Below, piece after piece: positions 28,290-38,818 of a stretch of 64,000 bases of DNA. The stretch spans positions 2,999 through 66,998 of the forward strand of contig JAUSFL010000036.1 in the NCBI GenBank assembly GCA_030649735.1. Direction: 5' to 3'. The translations under genes and the position numbers were made by a program. How positions within the stretch are numbered: the stretch's first letter is position 1; every line of letters begins with the position of its first letter. This DNA is from Candidatus Iainarchaeum sp. Its GTDB lineage: Archaea > Iainarchaeota > Iainarchaeia > Iainarchaeales > UBA10191. Under the pieces are notes generated by a model. That model was not told the DNA's origin, searched no databases, and saw only the letters and a program-made list of their open reading frames with translations.

Positions 28290-30980
28290 ATGGCTTACGA
28301 GTTTAAGGCAATAGAAAGCAAGTGGCAAAAAAAATGGAAAGACAGCAAGGCTTTCGAAGCGAAAGTGGACAAGAAAAAGCCAAAATATTATGTTTTGGAA
28401 ATGTTCCCTTACCCTTCAGGCAAACTGCACATGGGCCACACGCGCAATTATTCAATAGGCGACAGTTTTGCGCGCTTCAAAAGAATGAACGGCTTTAACG
28501 TGCTATACCCAATGGGGTATGACGCTTTAGGATTGCCTGCAGAAAACGCCGCAATAAAAAACAGCACAAACCCCAAGGAATGGACTCTCTCGCGCATTCA
28601 AGAAATGAAATTACAGCAAGAACAGCTTGGGTTAAGTTATGACTGGGAAAGAATGATTGCAACCTGCGATCCAGAATACTACAAGTGGAATCAATGGATT
28701 TTTTTAAAATTGCTCAAAAAAGGACTGGCTTACAAGGCAAAGGCAAAAAGCAACTGGTGCAATTCTTGCGGAACAGTTCTTGCGAACGAGCAAGTCATTG
28801 ACGGCAAATGCTGGCGCTGCCATAACGAAGTTACAGAGAAAGAATTCGAACAATGGTTCTTGAAAATCACTGCTTACGCCGATGAATTATTGCATGATTT
28901 GGAAAAACTCAAGGACTGGCCAGAAAGAGTCAAAACAATGCAAAAAAACTGGATTGGAAAAAGCCAAGGAGTTGACATTCACTTCAAGCTTGAAGGCACT
29001 GGCAAATTGCTTCCAACATACACTACAAGATGCGACACTATTTTCAGCGTTACATTCTTGGCAATTGCCCCAGAGCATCCAATGATTCCAGAACTTGTCA
29101 AAGGAACCGGGCAAGAAAAAAAAGTCCAAGAATTCATTGCCGAAACAAAAAGACAAAGCATGATTGACCGCGAGAATGAAGAGAAAGAAAAAGCAGGCGT
29201 GTTTACTGGAAAATACGCGATCAATCCAGTGAATGGGGAAAAAACCCCAATTTGGGTTGCAAACTTTGCGTTAATGTACGGTTCTGGAATTGTAATGTGC
29301 GATGCCCATGACAAGAGAGACTTCAGGTTTGCAAAAAAATATGGAATTCCATTAAAGTTTGTGATAAGCCATGATGGAAAGCCAATAATGCCTGAAAACT
29401 TCAAGGACGCGTTCACTGATGATGGAATTTTGTTTAATTCTGGAAAGTTTTCAGGAATGAAAAACCGTGAAGCGCTTCCAAAAATTGCGGAATGGATTGA
29501 AAAAAGCGCTTTTGGGAAAATAGCAATCAATTACAAGCTCCGCGACTGGCTTATCAGCAGGCAAAGGTATTGGGGAACTCCAATTCCAGTAATTTACTGC
29601 CCAAAATGCGGAATTGTTCCAGTTCCAGAGAATGAATTGCCAGTGAAGCTGCCGGAAAACGCAAAATTCACTGGAGAAGGAAACCCGCTGGACAAAGTTG
29701 AAGAATTCGTCAATGCGAAATGCCCTAAATGCAAAGGCAGCGCAAAGCGCGAAACTGACACAATGGACACTTTTGTTGATTCAAGCTGGTATTACTACAG
29801 GTACTGCTCTCCACACGAGAAAAGCCTGCCTTTCAGCAAGGAAGAAGCGGCATACTGGATGCCAGTAGACCAGTACATTGGAGGAATAGAGCACGCAATA
29901 CTGCACTTATTGTACGCGAGATTCTTCAGCAAGGCCTTGCGCGATGAAGGATTGGCTAAAATTGACGAGCCATTCACGCGCCTATTGACTCAAGGAATGG
30001 TCTTGAACTTGGGAAAAGTAATGAGCAAAAGCGCTGGCAACGGCGTAGACCCAGGAGACTTGATTGAAAAGTACGGGGCAGACACTACAAAATATTACGT
30101 GCTTGCGGTAGCAAACCCCGAGAAAGAGCTGGAATGGAATGGCCAAGGAATTGAAAAAACATTCAAGCTCTTGAAAGGCTTTTTTGAATTCACTGAAGAA
30201 AACTCTAAAAAGTTCGAGTTTGCAAAAAGCGCAAAGCCCGAAGGCTTAAAGCATTCTGAAAGGCTCTTGCTTTCAAGAATGCATTCAACAATCAAGAAAG
30301 TGACTGAATGCATTGAATCTTTTGAAACAAACATTGCAATCCGCGAGATTGAAAAATTGTTCGAGCAATTGCAAAAGAGCGACTCGCAAAACAACGCGCT
30401 CAAAGGAGAAGTCTTGAAGAATCTTATTTTGTTGCTGCAGCCTTTCGCTTCCCACTTGACTGAAGAATTGTGGGAAAAAATAGGCGGCAAAGGGCTAATC
30501 TCCCTGGCTGCCTGGCCAAAGTTTGATGAAAAGAAAATCGACAGGCACGCAGAGCAAGGCCAAGAACTATTGGAGCAGACAATTGAAGACATTCGCGCAA
30601 TCAAAGAGCTTGCAAAAAAAGAAAAGCTTGAAAAAATCACTATTTTGACCGCGCCGGAATGGAAATGGAAGGGAATTGCGTTAACAATGCAGGCCTGCCT
30701 TGAAAGGCCGGATTTTGGCGCGGCAATGAAATCATTAATGCAGGATCCTGAAGTCAAAAAGCACGGCAAGGAAGCCGAAGCTTTTGTAAAGCAGGCCGTG
30801 AAAGTCTGCAAAGAATTCCAAGACAAGGAAAGAATTGACGAATTCTTCCTCCTGCAAGAGAACAAAAAGGCAATAGAGCGGGCGTTCAACTCAAAAGTAG
30901 AGATTGAACGGGCTGAAAATTCGCAAAACCCAAAAGCAAAAAACGCTTTCCCGCTAAAGCCAGCAATTTTTGTGGAGTGA
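28290..30980 (+). CDS. leuS: Leucyl-tRNA synthetase, bacterial-type
   Basis: 896 aa. [16 protein letters not shown] (HIGH), [13 protein letters not shown] (bacterial-type signature), VMSKSAGNG (KMSKS). Confidence 0.95.
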   Translation: MAYEFKAIESKWQKKWKDSKAFEAKVDKKKPKYYVLEMFPYPSGKLHMGHTRNYSIGDSFARFKRMNGFNVLYPMGYDALGLPAENAAIKNSTNPKEWTLSRIQEMKLQQEQLGLSYDWERMIATCDPEYYKWNQWIFLKLLKKGLAYKAKAKSNWCNSCGTVLANEQVIDGKCWRCHNEVTEKEFEQWFLKITAYADELLHDLEKLKDWPERVKTMQKNWIGKSQGVDIHFKLEGTGKLLPTYTTRCDTIFSVTFLAIAPEHPMIPELVKGTGQEKKVQEFIAETKRQSMIDRENEEKEKAGVFTGKYAINPVNGEKTPIWVANFALMYGSGIVMCDAHDKRDFRFAKKYGIPLKFVISHDGKPIMPENFKDAFTDDGILFNSGKFSGMKNREALPKIAEWIEKSAFGKIAINYKLRDWLISRQRYWGTPIPVIYCPKCGIVPVPENELPVKLPENAKFTGEGNPLDKVEEFVNAKCPKCKGSAKRETDTMDTFVDSSWYYYRYCSPHEKSLPFSKEEAAYWMPVDQYIGGIEHAILHLLYARFFSKALRDEGLAKIDEPFTRLLTQGMVLNLGKVMSKSAGNGVDPGDLIEKYGADTTKYYVLAVANPEKELEWNGQGIEKTFKLLKGFFEFTEENSKKFEFAKSAKPEGLKHSERLLLSRMHSTIKKVTECIESFETNIAIREIEKLFEQLQKSDSQNNALKGEVLKNLILLLQPFASHLTEELWEKIGGKGLISLAAWPKFDEKKIDRHAEQGQELLEQTIEDIRAIKELAKKEKLEKITILTAPEWKWKGIALTMQACLERPDFGAAMKSLMQDPEVKKHGKEAEAFVKQAVKVCKEFQDKERIDEFFLLQENKKAIERAFNSKVEIERAENSQNPKAKNAFPLKPAIFVE

Positions 30981-31056
30981 ATGTGGAGCAAGGTTTTGAA
31001 GAAAAAGAGTTAGGCACTACAAAATTGAAGAATTAAAAAAAGAAAAAAGGGAGCCT

Positions 31057-31809
31057 TTAAGCCCCGTACATTCTTTGCAATCCTGCAATGTCGGGCTGTT
31101 CGAGAGTTCTTTTTGAAGTTTCTCCCTCTGTTGAATAACCAAACATTGTCACTGTATTGCAAGTTGTGCTGTAAATGTCGCTTAACCCTACCGAATGCCC
31201 TAGCTCGTGAGTTGCAATGTTCTGCAAGTCCATCAATAAAGGATTTTCTGCAGCATCACCCCAAGCAAAGTCAGTGTTCAAAAGCATGTCAAACTCTACA
31301 ATGCGCTTTCCAACTCTAGTGTACCAAACGCTTGTGACTCCAATCACGCCAGAGTCTGGATAGTCTCCGAAAGCAATTGCGTTCTGAAAGTTTTGCACCC
31401 CATACTGTGCGGCGTAATCAATGCCATAAGAATTGTTGAACAATTCTTGAGAAGTTGCATTATCCCAAGTTTCAGCGCTTGCGGAGATTGCTGACGTTAT
31501 GGAACTTTCGCTCAAACCTTGAGGATTTGAAGGATTGATGACATAATTTACTGGCAAAGCAGTCCATTTTACCCCCATTAGCTTGTAACAGCTTGTAGAG
31601 CTTGGCTTTGCATTGCTTGGCGGCTTTGCATAGTGAATAAAATCCACTCTTTCCAAGTCCCAATTATCTCCAATAACCGGGGAATACTCTGGAGCCTGAG
31701 AATTCTCTTTAGCGTTATCGTTTGCTGGAATCAGCATTGAAGCGCTAGCGCTAATCCCTAATGCCAAAACTAAAAGAATGAAAAATGCCGCAAAATGTTT
31801 TACCCCCAT
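31057..31809 (-). CDS. Secreted metzincin-like zinc metalloprotease (HExxHxxGxxD)
   Basis: 250 aa. Signal peptide, HELGHSVGLSDIY and a downstream Met-turn candidate VTMFGY. Confidence 0.75.
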   Translation of the reverse strand: MGVKHFAAFFILLVLALGISASASMLIPANDNAKENSQAPEYSPVIGDNWDLERVDFIHYAKPPSNAKPSSTSCYKLMGVKWTALPVNYVINPSNPQGLSESSITSAISASAETWDNATSQELFNNSYGIDYAAQYGVQNFQNAIAFGDYPDSGVIGVTSVWYTRVGKRIVEFDMLLNTDFAWGDAAENPLLMDLQNIATHELGHSVGLSDIYSTTCNTVTMFGYSTEGETSKRTLEQPDIAGLQRMYGA

Positions 31810-32031
31810 TCAAAAACCCCCTTAAATATTATAATAATCATTAATAGTCAATCGTATATAATAAAGTTCTGGGTGGTTTTCTAGAAGCGCCTTCAAAACC
31901 ATAAGCGATTATAAAATTCTACTTCTTAATTCTTGAAGGCATTAAAACTTTTGGGAAACCAATGAATAAAAACTTATTTGAACAAGCTTCAATTATGAAA
32001 CATTTTGAACCATTGCATCAAAGAAAAGGAA

Positions 32032-32547
32032 ATGAAAATGGAATTCCAAACCCTAATTAAAGAAAGGCATTCCACAAGAAAATTCAAAAGCCAGGAAATT
32101 CCTGAAGAAACATTGCAGGAAATTTTCAAGGCAATTAATTCGGCCCCAAGCGCGGGAAACATCCAGGCAGTCCAAGTTTTCGCCGCAAAAAAGCCGGAGT
32201 TGAAAAAGCAAATTGCAAGCGCGTGCTTTGGCCAAAATTTTATCGCGCAAGCGCCTGTTGTCCTTGTGTTTTGCGCAAACTTGAAGGAAAGCGAAAGGCT
32301 TTACAAAGAGCGCGGAAAAACGCTTTACGCAATCCAGGACGCTTCAATTGCTGCAACTTTTGCATGGCTGGCCGCAGTCAATGAAGGGCTTTCAAGCGTT
32401 TGGGTCGGGGCTTTCAACGATGAAGAATTGCAGAATGCGATTGGAAGCGAATTGCAGCCAGTGGCTGTTTTGCCTTTGGGCTTTGCCGATGAAAAACCGC
32501 GAAAAACTCCGAGAAAAAGCTTGAAGGAAATAATCAAGGAAATTTAA
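32032..32547 (+). CDS. Nitroreductase family protein
   Basis: LIKERHSTRKF, APSAGNIQA, and conserved W..V.GF near the C-terminus. ATG 32032 or 32038 preferred over TTG 32005. Confidence 0.8.
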   Translation: MKMEFQTLIKERHSTRKFKSQEIPEETLQEIFKAINSAPSAGNIQAVQVFAAKKPELKKQIASACFGQNFIAQAPVVLVFCANLKESERLYKERGKTLYAIQDASIAATFAWLAAVNEGLSSVWVGAFNDEELQNAIGSELQPVAVLPLGFADEKPRKTPRKSLKEIIKEI

Positions 32548-33536
32548 AGCTTGAAAGCAGCGGCAACCAATATTGGGAACGCAATGCTTGCCTCGCACCA
32601 GACCTTCACTGCCTTTTTAGAGGCTGCTGCCTTTCCCCAACTTTTTGCCTCTTCAGGGTTTGCGCCAGCATTGCTTCCTTCGGCCTCTATGCCAGTGTTG
32701 ATGTAAACAGTAAAGTCAGCGCCTTCACGCAGCATGCACGCGTTCATAATGTGGTGCTTTGGGACAGAACCGCCAATGATTATTGCGCCGACCTTGTCCG
32801 CGTTCAAAACGCTGTCGTAAAGCACTTCAACCTCTTTAATCAAGTCTATTAAAAATTCCTTGTGCTTTTTCTTGAACAAGTAAATATGGTCTCCGATTGC
32901 CCCGTCAGCCAATGGAACGCAAAGCAATGGAATCTTGTTCTTGAAAGCCCAGTAAACAAAAGATTCTTCGCAATTCGCTTTTCCTTCAAGCTCTCGCGCG
33001 AGCTCTTGCACGAATTCAACATTGTCAACCGGCTTTCCAGTACTTTTTTGCTTTTCCAAAAGCCTTTCAAAAACAGGCTTGACAAACTGCTCGAACCAAA
33101 TGTAACGCTCGTTCGGAATGAAAATGTTTCCAGTCCTGTTGATTCCTTTCCCGCGCAAGAAAGCGCCGTTTGCTTCAAAATCGCCGTGAAGGAAGTGCTT
33201 GTGAGTTTTGATGATGTCTTCTTCAACGCCGCCCGTAGTAGTCACTAGAAAGTCAACTAGATTGTTTTTCACAAGGTAGGTTATTGACTCGCGCACTCCG
33301 CAAGAAGCCATGTTGGAAGTGAAGCCAAAAAAAATCTTGGCCTTTTGCCTTCGCATTTCCCTGCAAAGGCCGATTGCAGAGCCGAGGTTTGAGGCCTGAA
33401 AGCCAGTGCTTTTGAAAGACTCAAAAAACTCTTTCACGTTAAACTGGCCTTCAAAAGAATATCCTTTGACTTTGCCTTTGCCCAGCTCGACGGACTTTTT
33501 GAAAAGCTGCTTCTCAATGTTTTTAGTGCTGGACAT
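32544..33536 (-). CDS. dys: Deoxyhypusine synthase
   Basis: 330 aa of DHS length. Motifs TSNMASCGVRE, TTGGVEEDIIK, IIGGSVPKHH. Archaeal/eukaryotic marker. Confidence 0.88.
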   Translation of the reverse strand: MSSTKNIEKQLFKKSVELGKGKVKGYSFEGQFNVKEFFESFKSTGFQASNLGSAIGLCREMRRQKAKIFFGFTSNMASCGVRESITYLVKNNLVDFLVTTTGGVEEDIIKTHKHFLHGDFEANGAFLRGKGINRTGNIFIPNERYIWFEQFVKPVFERLLEKQKSTGKPVDNVEFVQELARELEGKANCEESFVYWAFKNKIPLLCVPLADGAIGDHIYLFKKKHKEFLIDLIKEVEVLYDSVLNADKVGAIIIGGSVPKHHIMNACMLREGADFTVYINTGIEAEGSNAGANPEEAKSWGKAAASKKAVKVWCEASIAFPILVAAAFKL

Positions 33537-33577
33537 GCTTTAGAATTTGGCTTGGAAATTGTTTAAAAAACAGCGTT

Positions 33578-33844
33578 TTACTTTGAAAACTTCAGCTCGA
33601 ATTCGCCTTTTGGGCTTTTTAAAATCTTGACTGCCTGGCCTTTCTTGAAGTCAATGCTCAAGAACAAGTGCATATAACAGTCTTCAGAATTGGAGAGCTT
33701 GTCAACGTATGCAGTGACCTGCTTTTTTCCAAGCTTTAGCTTGAATGCTTTCCCAAACTTCGGAAACATTTTCAAGGCTTTCTTTTCCACAAGCAAAGCG
33801 CTTTTTTGCGCTTCATCAACAGAGACTTTTCTTGAATAAATCAT
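33578..33844 (-). CDS. Hypothetical small protein
   Basis: 88-aa ORF between dys and the RSH gene on the same strand. No motif recognised. Confidence 0.45.
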   Translation of the reverse strand: MIYSRKVSVDEAQKSALLVEKKALKMFPKFGKAFKLKLGKKQVTAYVDKLSNSEDCYMHLFLSIDFKKGQAVKILKSPKGEFELKFSK

Positions 33845-33866
33845 AAATGCCGTAATTAAAACTGTT

Positions 33867-35303
33867 TTACCCTTTTTTAAACCTTCTTTTCAAAGCCTCT
33901 AAAGCGCCGTGGCTTTTGACAGACTGCAGCCATTTAGGCCTTGCCTGAAGCTTTTTTGAAACAATGATTTCAACAACATCGCCGGCATTAATTATCTTGG
34001 TTATTGGAACTTGCCTTCCGTTGACAATGCTTTTCAGGCAATGGTCTCCAAGCTCTGTGTGAACTCCGTAAGCAAAGTCTATTGAATTGCTTTCCAAAGG
34101 AAGCTCTACTTTTCCGCCTTTTGGAGTGAACAAAATCATTGACTGCGCCAATTCAGAATTCAGGCTTTTGATGAATTCCTTATGGCCTTTTGCAGAACGC
34201 GGCCTGATGAGATTTTGGACCCATTTGGTTTTCTCGCGCAAAACACTCATGTTTTTTGCGCTCTTGTTCCGGAAAAAGTAAATCACGCCATAGTCCGCAA
34301 TTTCATGCATTTCAAAAGTGCTGATGTAGCATTTTATCGGGATTCCTTTAGGGCCAATCACTGTAGTGTGAAGCGCCCTGTACAAATTGTATTCAGGCAA
34401 TGCAATGAAGTCCTTGAATTTTTTAGGCACTGGCTTGTACAGCGAATGCAGTTTTCCCAGGATCAAATAGCAATCTTCAGTGCTGTTGGTCAAAATGTTC
34501 AATATTATGAAATCCCTCACTTCCTGGAATGTTTTGTTGAACTTAACTATTTTTTCTTCAGTGGAATGAACCGCCTTTTCTTCCTTTGAAAACACTGCCG
34601 GAATCCCGGACTTTACGCACTCGCGCTTCAACTCGGCGCATAAGGAACTAATCGCCTTTTCCAAGGCAGGCTTTTTTTGGATTATTTGCTTTTGCAATTC
34701 AGCAAACCTTTCAGGATTCAGGATTTTGAAAGCCAAATCCTCTATTTCAAAGCGAATCTTGTGCATTGAAAGCTTGTGGGCCAATGGCGCGTAAACATTC
34801 AAGGCACTGGACGCGATTTGCTTCTGGCGTTCGGCAGGCAAAAACTTCAAGGTTTGCAAATTATGGATTTTGTCAGCAAGCTTTATGACCAGAATGCGCA
34901 AGTCTTTAGCGCTGGCCAAAAGAAGCTTTTCAAGGTCTTTTGTGTCCTTTTCAAACCTGGATTCTGACGCAATCTGCCTCAAGTTTGTCACTCCTTCAAC
35001 GAGTGAAAAAACCTCGCCGCCAAACTCTTTTTTCAAAACCGCCTTGCTGATTTCAGTGTCTTCAAGGCAGTCATGCAATAATCCTGCAGCGACTGTTTCA
35101 GAATCCATTCCCCAATCAGCCATAAGCAAGGCCGACTCTAACGGATGAATGAAGTAAGGCTCGCCTGAAGCGCGCTTTTGCCCGCGATGCGCTTTTTTTG
35201 CAAAATCAAATGCTTTCTTCACCAGGCGCACATTAGGCTTTGGCGACTTTGATTTCACTAGCTTTAAAAGCTTCAAATAGCTTTCCCTGAATTCAGCATG
35301 CAT
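33867..35303 (-). CDS. RelA/SpoT homologue (HD hydrolase + degenerate synthetase-like domain + TGS)
   Basis: HD motif HRGQKRASGEPYFIHP...LLHDCLEDT. Synthetase-like region DCYLILGKLHSLYKPVPKKFKDFIALPEYNLYRALHT, but IKCYIST stands where EVQIRT is expected. TGS-like FTPKGGKVELPLESNSIDFAY...NAGDVVEI. Confidence 0.85.
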   Translation of the reverse strand: MHAEFRESYLKLLKLVKSKSPKPNVRLVKKAFDFAKKAHRGQKRASGEPYFIHPLESALLMADWGMDSETVAAGLLHDCLEDTEISKAVLKKEFGGEVFSLVEGVTNLRQIASESRFEKDTKDLEKLLLASAKDLRILVIKLADKIHNLQTLKFLPAERQKQIASSALNVYAPLAHKLSMHKIRFEIEDLAFKILNPERFAELQKQIIQKKPALEKAISSLCAELKRECVKSGIPAVFSKEEKAVHSTEEKIVKFNKTFQEVRDFIILNILTNSTEDCYLILGKLHSLYKPVPKKFKDFIALPEYNLYRALHTTVIGPKGIPIKCYISTFEMHEIADYGVIYFFRNKSAKNMSVLREKTKWVQNLIRPRSAKGHKEFIKSLNSELAQSMILFTPKGGKVELPLESNSIDFAYGVHTELGDHCLKSIVNGRQVPITKIINAGDVVEIIVSKKLQARPKWLQSVKSHGALEALKRRFKKG

Positions 35304-35359
35304 TAAAAGCGCCTTTTGCTAGAATTGAACTTGAAAGAATTTAAAAAGGAATAAACAAG

Positions 35360-37087
35360 TCACATTTCGTCAAGCGCCTGAATTCCCAGAATATCCAGGC
35401 CATTCTGGACTGTGATTCCAACAGCCTTCACCAAGGCAAGCCTTGCCTTCACAGTGCTTGCATTCTCCGCCTTCAAGACCGGGGTTTCATGATAGTAAGA
35501 GTTAAAGGTTGAGGAAAGCTTGAGCAAGTAATGGCACAAAACATGCGGGGAATAATTTTTGAGCGAGTTTTGCAAAACTTCAGGAAACCTGGCAATCAAT
35601 GTAGAAATTTCCTTTTCTTTCTCTAAAGTCAGGAAAGAATAATCCGCCTTTCCTGAAAGCAAGTTTTTTGGAGCTTTTTTCAAAATGCTGTTGCTTCTTG
35701 CAAAAGTGTAAAGCAAGTAAGGCCCTGTCTCTCCCTCAAAGCTAATGCTTTCTGAAGGATTGAACACAAAATCCTTTTGGGCCTCGATTTTCAAGAGGAA
35801 AAACTTCAATGCAGAAAGCGCAATTGCCTCTTTTCTTTTCTCCAGTTCTTTCTCAGAAATTTCATTCCCGTATCTTTTCACAAGCTCTGTCTCTGCCAAT
35901 GCCTCAAGCTCGCTAATCAAATCGTCAGCGTCAACAACAGTTCCTTCACGGCTTTTCATCCTGCCTTCAGGAAGGCTGACATACCCATAAAAAACATGCC
36001 TGCATTTTTGGGCAAAATCAAAGCCCAAAAGCTCGAGTATTTTGAACAATTGCTTGAAGTGCAAGTCCTGCTCGCTTGCAGTGACAGTAAGGCTTTCCTT
36101 CAAGCCCTTGAAATCATCAAATTTTTTCTTTGCCAAAAAAATGTCCTGCGTCATATAAATGCTTGTTCCGTCAGCGCGCAAAAGCACTTTCTTTCCAAGC
36201 TTGAAAGGCTCCAAATTTGCAATTACTGCGCCAGTCTCGTCCTTTTCAAAAATTCCGTTCTTCAAGCCTTCCAGAACAATTTCTTTTCCTTTCCTGTAAA
36301 TTTGGCTTTCAAAATAAATCCTGTCGAATTCAACACCGCATTTTTTGCAGGTCTCGGCCTGGCCTTTCAAGGCCCAGTCATTCATTAATTCCGAAAGCTT
36401 CAGGACTTCGGGCTTTCCAAACTCCCAATCATTAAGCATTTGCAAGGCTTCCTGCTCTAATTCTGGATTTTCTGCAGCCTTTTGCGCAAACATTACATAA
36501 TAGTCTCCGACAAAATGGTCGCTTTTCTTTCCAGCCTTTTTTGGAGTGCTGTCCTTTCCCCACTTCTTGTACGCAAGCATGCTTTTGCAAATGTGCACTC
36601 CGCGATCATTGATCAACTCTGTGCGAATCGGCTTCAAGCCCTGGGTTTCAAAAGCATTAGAGAAAAACTCTCCCAAAAACATGTTACGCAAGTGCCCAAT
36701 GTGCAATGGCTTGTTCGTGTTTGGAGAGACAAACTCCACCATTATTTTCCCGCTGCCTGCCTTTGCAAAGCCAAACTTTTGCTTTTCCTTCAATACCTTC
36801 TGCAAAACATCGGCCGAAAGCACTGTCTGCTTGACAAAAAAATTCAGGAAAGGCCCAATGGCCTGAACTTTCTCAATGCTTTTCGGAAGCAAAATTTTCT
36901 TCTGCAAATCTGTCGAAATCTGCACTGGAGATTTTTTCAAAAGCGCGGCAAGCTTGAAGCATGGAAATGCAAAATCCCCCATTTTTCCGTCCGGCGGAAT
37001 TTCCAAAAAACCGACTGCCTCTTCAAGCCGCAGTTCAGGCACTGCGTTCACAATAGACCGCGCAATTTCTTTCTTAAAATCAACCAT
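35360..37087 (-). CDS. argS: Arginyl-tRNA synthetase
   Basis: 575 aa. PNTNKPLHIGHLRN (HIGH), DALR-type anticodon-binding C-terminus ending ..LDEM. Confidence 0.95.
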   Translation of the reverse strand: MVDFKKEIARSIVNAVPELRLEEAVGFLEIPPDGKMGDFAFPCFKLAALLKKSPVQISTDLQKKILLPKSIEKVQAIGPFLNFFVKQTVLSADVLQKVLKEKQKFGFAKAGSGKIMVEFVSPNTNKPLHIGHLRNMFLGEFFSNAFETQGLKPIRTELINDRGVHICKSMLAYKKWGKDSTPKKAGKKSDHFVGDYYVMFAQKAAENPELEQEALQMLNDWEFGKPEVLKLSELMNDWALKGQAETCKKCGVEFDRIYFESQIYRKGKEIVLEGLKNGIFEKDETGAVIANLEPFKLGKKVLLRADGTSIYMTQDIFLAKKKFDDFKGLKESLTVTASEQDLHFKQLFKILELLGFDFAQKCRHVFYGYVSLPEGRMKSREGTVVDADDLISELEALAETELVKRYGNEISEKELEKRKEAIALSALKFFLLKIEAQKDFVFNPSESISFEGETGPYLLYTFARSNSILKKAPKNLLSGKADYSFLTLEKEKEISTLIARFPEVLQNSLKNYSPHVLCHYLLKLSSTFNSYYHETPVLKAENASTVKARLALVKAVGITVQNGLDILGIQALDEM

Positions 37088-37106
37088 TCTTTTTCACCGC
37101 AAAAAC

Positions 37107-37973
37107 TTAGTCCAAAAAAACGCTTACTCCTTCAAAAACGCTTTCTGGATTGTAGCCGCCTTCAAGGACTGCAAAAACATCATATGAAGAAAGGAGTTCT
37201 TTAATTTTTTGGAAAGAACGCTTTGTAAGCGAAAATCCCGCCGCGTTAACGCCATTGCCTTTTTCTTCCTTGGAAAGCAAAAAATCGCTGGAAGGATTAG
37301 AGTCCTTGTAATACACGTCAAAGCCTGCAGAAAGCCCTATAATGTCTGGCTTGAACTTTTCAATTGCCGGAAGCAAGCGCCTTTCCAAAACCCCTATGAA
37401 TTCTGTATCCCTGCAGCCCGCAGGCAATTGCACATTAATCGAGTTTTTTCCATTCTCCACTCCAGTTCCGGGAAAAATTCCAGCCTGGTGAGTGGAAAAG
37501 TAAAACGCGTTAGGCTCGCTTTCCAAGATTTCCTCTGTTCCATCGCCGTGATGCAGGTCAAAGTCAAAAACAAAAACTTTCTTGTTTTTTCCAATCAAGT
37601 GCTTTGCGGCAATTGCCATGTTGTTGAAGAGGCAAAACCCGTGGCCTTTCGCAATGCCTGCGTGATGGCCTGGCGGCCTCACCAATGCAAAAGCCTTTTT
37701 TTCCGCAGCCTGCACTGCCATGCCGACAGCATAGCTTGCTGTTTCAAAAGAGTCCTTCCTTGTGAAAGTGTCTTCAGCAAGCCAAAGTTCTTTCTCACAA
37801 TACTTCTTCACCAAATTAATGTATTCCTTGCTGTGGCAAAGCTCCAAAAAAGACTCCCCGCTCAAAACCCGGGTTTCCTTTTCAGATTGGAAAAACTTCA
37901 GGCGCTCGAGGCTTTCAGGATGCGCTTTTGGAGGCACGTGGCCCAAAAACTTGCTGTTATAAAGCAACTTCAT
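37107..37973 (-). CDS. Histone deacetylase / acetoin-utilisation (AcuC) family deacetylase
   Basis: RPPGHHA, DFDLHHGDGT and EGGY motifs. ATG 37973 preferred over TTG 37997. Confidence 0.85.
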   Translation of the reverse strand: MKLLYNSKFLGHVPPKAHPESLERLKFFQSEKETRVLSGESFLELCHSKEYINLVKKYCEKELWLAEDTFTRKDSFETASYAVGMAVQAAEKKAFALVRPPGHHAGIAKGHGFCLFNNMAIAAKHLIGKNKKVFVFDFDLHHGDGTEEILESEPNAFYFSTHQAGIFPGTGVENGKNSINVQLPAGCRDTEFIGVLERRLLPAIEKFKPDIIGLSAGFDVYYKDSNPSSDFLLSKEEKGNGVNAAGFSLTKRSFQKIKELLSSYDVFAVLEGGYNPESVFEGVSVFLD

Positions 37974-38071
37974 GCAAAACAGAAGTAAAGCAAACAATAT
38001 AATGGTTTTTCTACAACGAGCGGAAATCTGGCTTGAAAAGCAAGTTAAAAAGCAAAAAACAAAATTATAAA

Positions 38072-38818
38072 ATGCAAGAAATAACTCCAGAAATCAGCGA
38101 AATTGCAGGAGTTTTTGCAGCTGATGGTTCAATGCAAGAAAAACACATTTGCTTTTGGGGCAATCCAATTGAAGACAAAGAATATTATGACAATGTACTT
38201 GGAGAATTATTCAAGAAAGCTTTTGGAATTGAAATCAGGCTGCATGAAAAGAAAAGCAATGGCGTTTACGGGTTTTACGTTTGCAAAAAGCACGTTTTGG
38301 ATTATTTCAAGAATGAATTAGGATTCAAGCCAGGCCCAAAAACATATACTGTTCAAGTCCCAAAAATAATTTTAGAAAGCAATGATTTGAAAATTCAAAA
38401 GGCTTTTGTGCAGGGATTCATGAGTGCTGACGGTTGTTTGACATTTTATAAAAGAGGCGGAACCGCTTCCAATTTCAATAAAAAATATAATGTTTGTCCC
38501 CGAATAATGTTAAGTTCTGTCTCTGAGAAAATAATTCTTCAGTTACAAGAAATATTAAATAAAATTGAGATCAATAGTTTTATTATGAAAGCAAAAAGTG
38601 CGAATCCCAAATGGAAAGATAACATTATACTTTACGTCAATGGCACAGAGCGAGTAAAAAGATGGAACGAGCTAATTGGCTTTTCAAATCCAAAGGACAA
38701 AACAAAATTTGAAATATTCAAACAATTTGGCTTCTGCCCATTAAAAACAAGCATTTTTCAAAGATACAAGATTTTAAATAATGAATTAAGCATTTATGAT
38801 TTTTATCAGGGCCCGTAA
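38072..38818 (+). CDS. Free-standing double-motif LAGLIDADG homing-endonuclease-like protein
   Basis: Two LAGLIDADG motifs: ISEIAGVFAADGSM and FVQGFMSADGCL. The stop TAA (38816-38818) lies inside the first 10 nt of the tRNA-Arg gene. An alternative TTG start is at 38033. Confidence 0.75.
   Translation: MQEITPEISEIAGVFAADGSMQEKHICFWGNPIEDKEYYDNVLGELFKKAFGIEIRLHEKKSNGVYGFYVCKKHVLDYFKNELGFKPGPKTYTVQVPKIILESNDLKIQKAFVQGFMSADGCLTFYKRGGTASNFNKKYNVCPRIMLSSVSEKIILQLQEILNKIEINSFIMKAKSANPKWKDNIILYVNGTERVKRWNELIGFSNPKDKTKFEIFKQFGFCPLKTSIFQRYKILNNELSIYDFYQGP

Noticed and set aside
30095-30991. 298-aa antisense ORF
   Set aside because: It is fully embedded opposite leuS, whose product has complete synthetase motifs. 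Its composition (Ser/Phe-rich) is typical of a shadow frame.
31810-32031. 220-bp AT-rich divergent spacer with the inverted repeat GCCTTCAA...TTGAAGGC, considered as a small RNA or mobile-element end
   Set aside because: It contains only one 8-bp inverted repeat, with no flanking direct repeats and no conserved RNA motif. It is most simply two back-to-back promoters.
35745-37204. Several plus-strand ORFs up to 240 aa (35777-36388, 36482-37204, 36546-36866)
   Set aside because: They lie opposite argS, which has HIGH and DALR-type features. They are low-complexity shadow frames.
37209-37988. 259-aa plus-strand ORF
   Set aside because: It lies opposite the HDAC-family gene, which has all its catalytic motifs.
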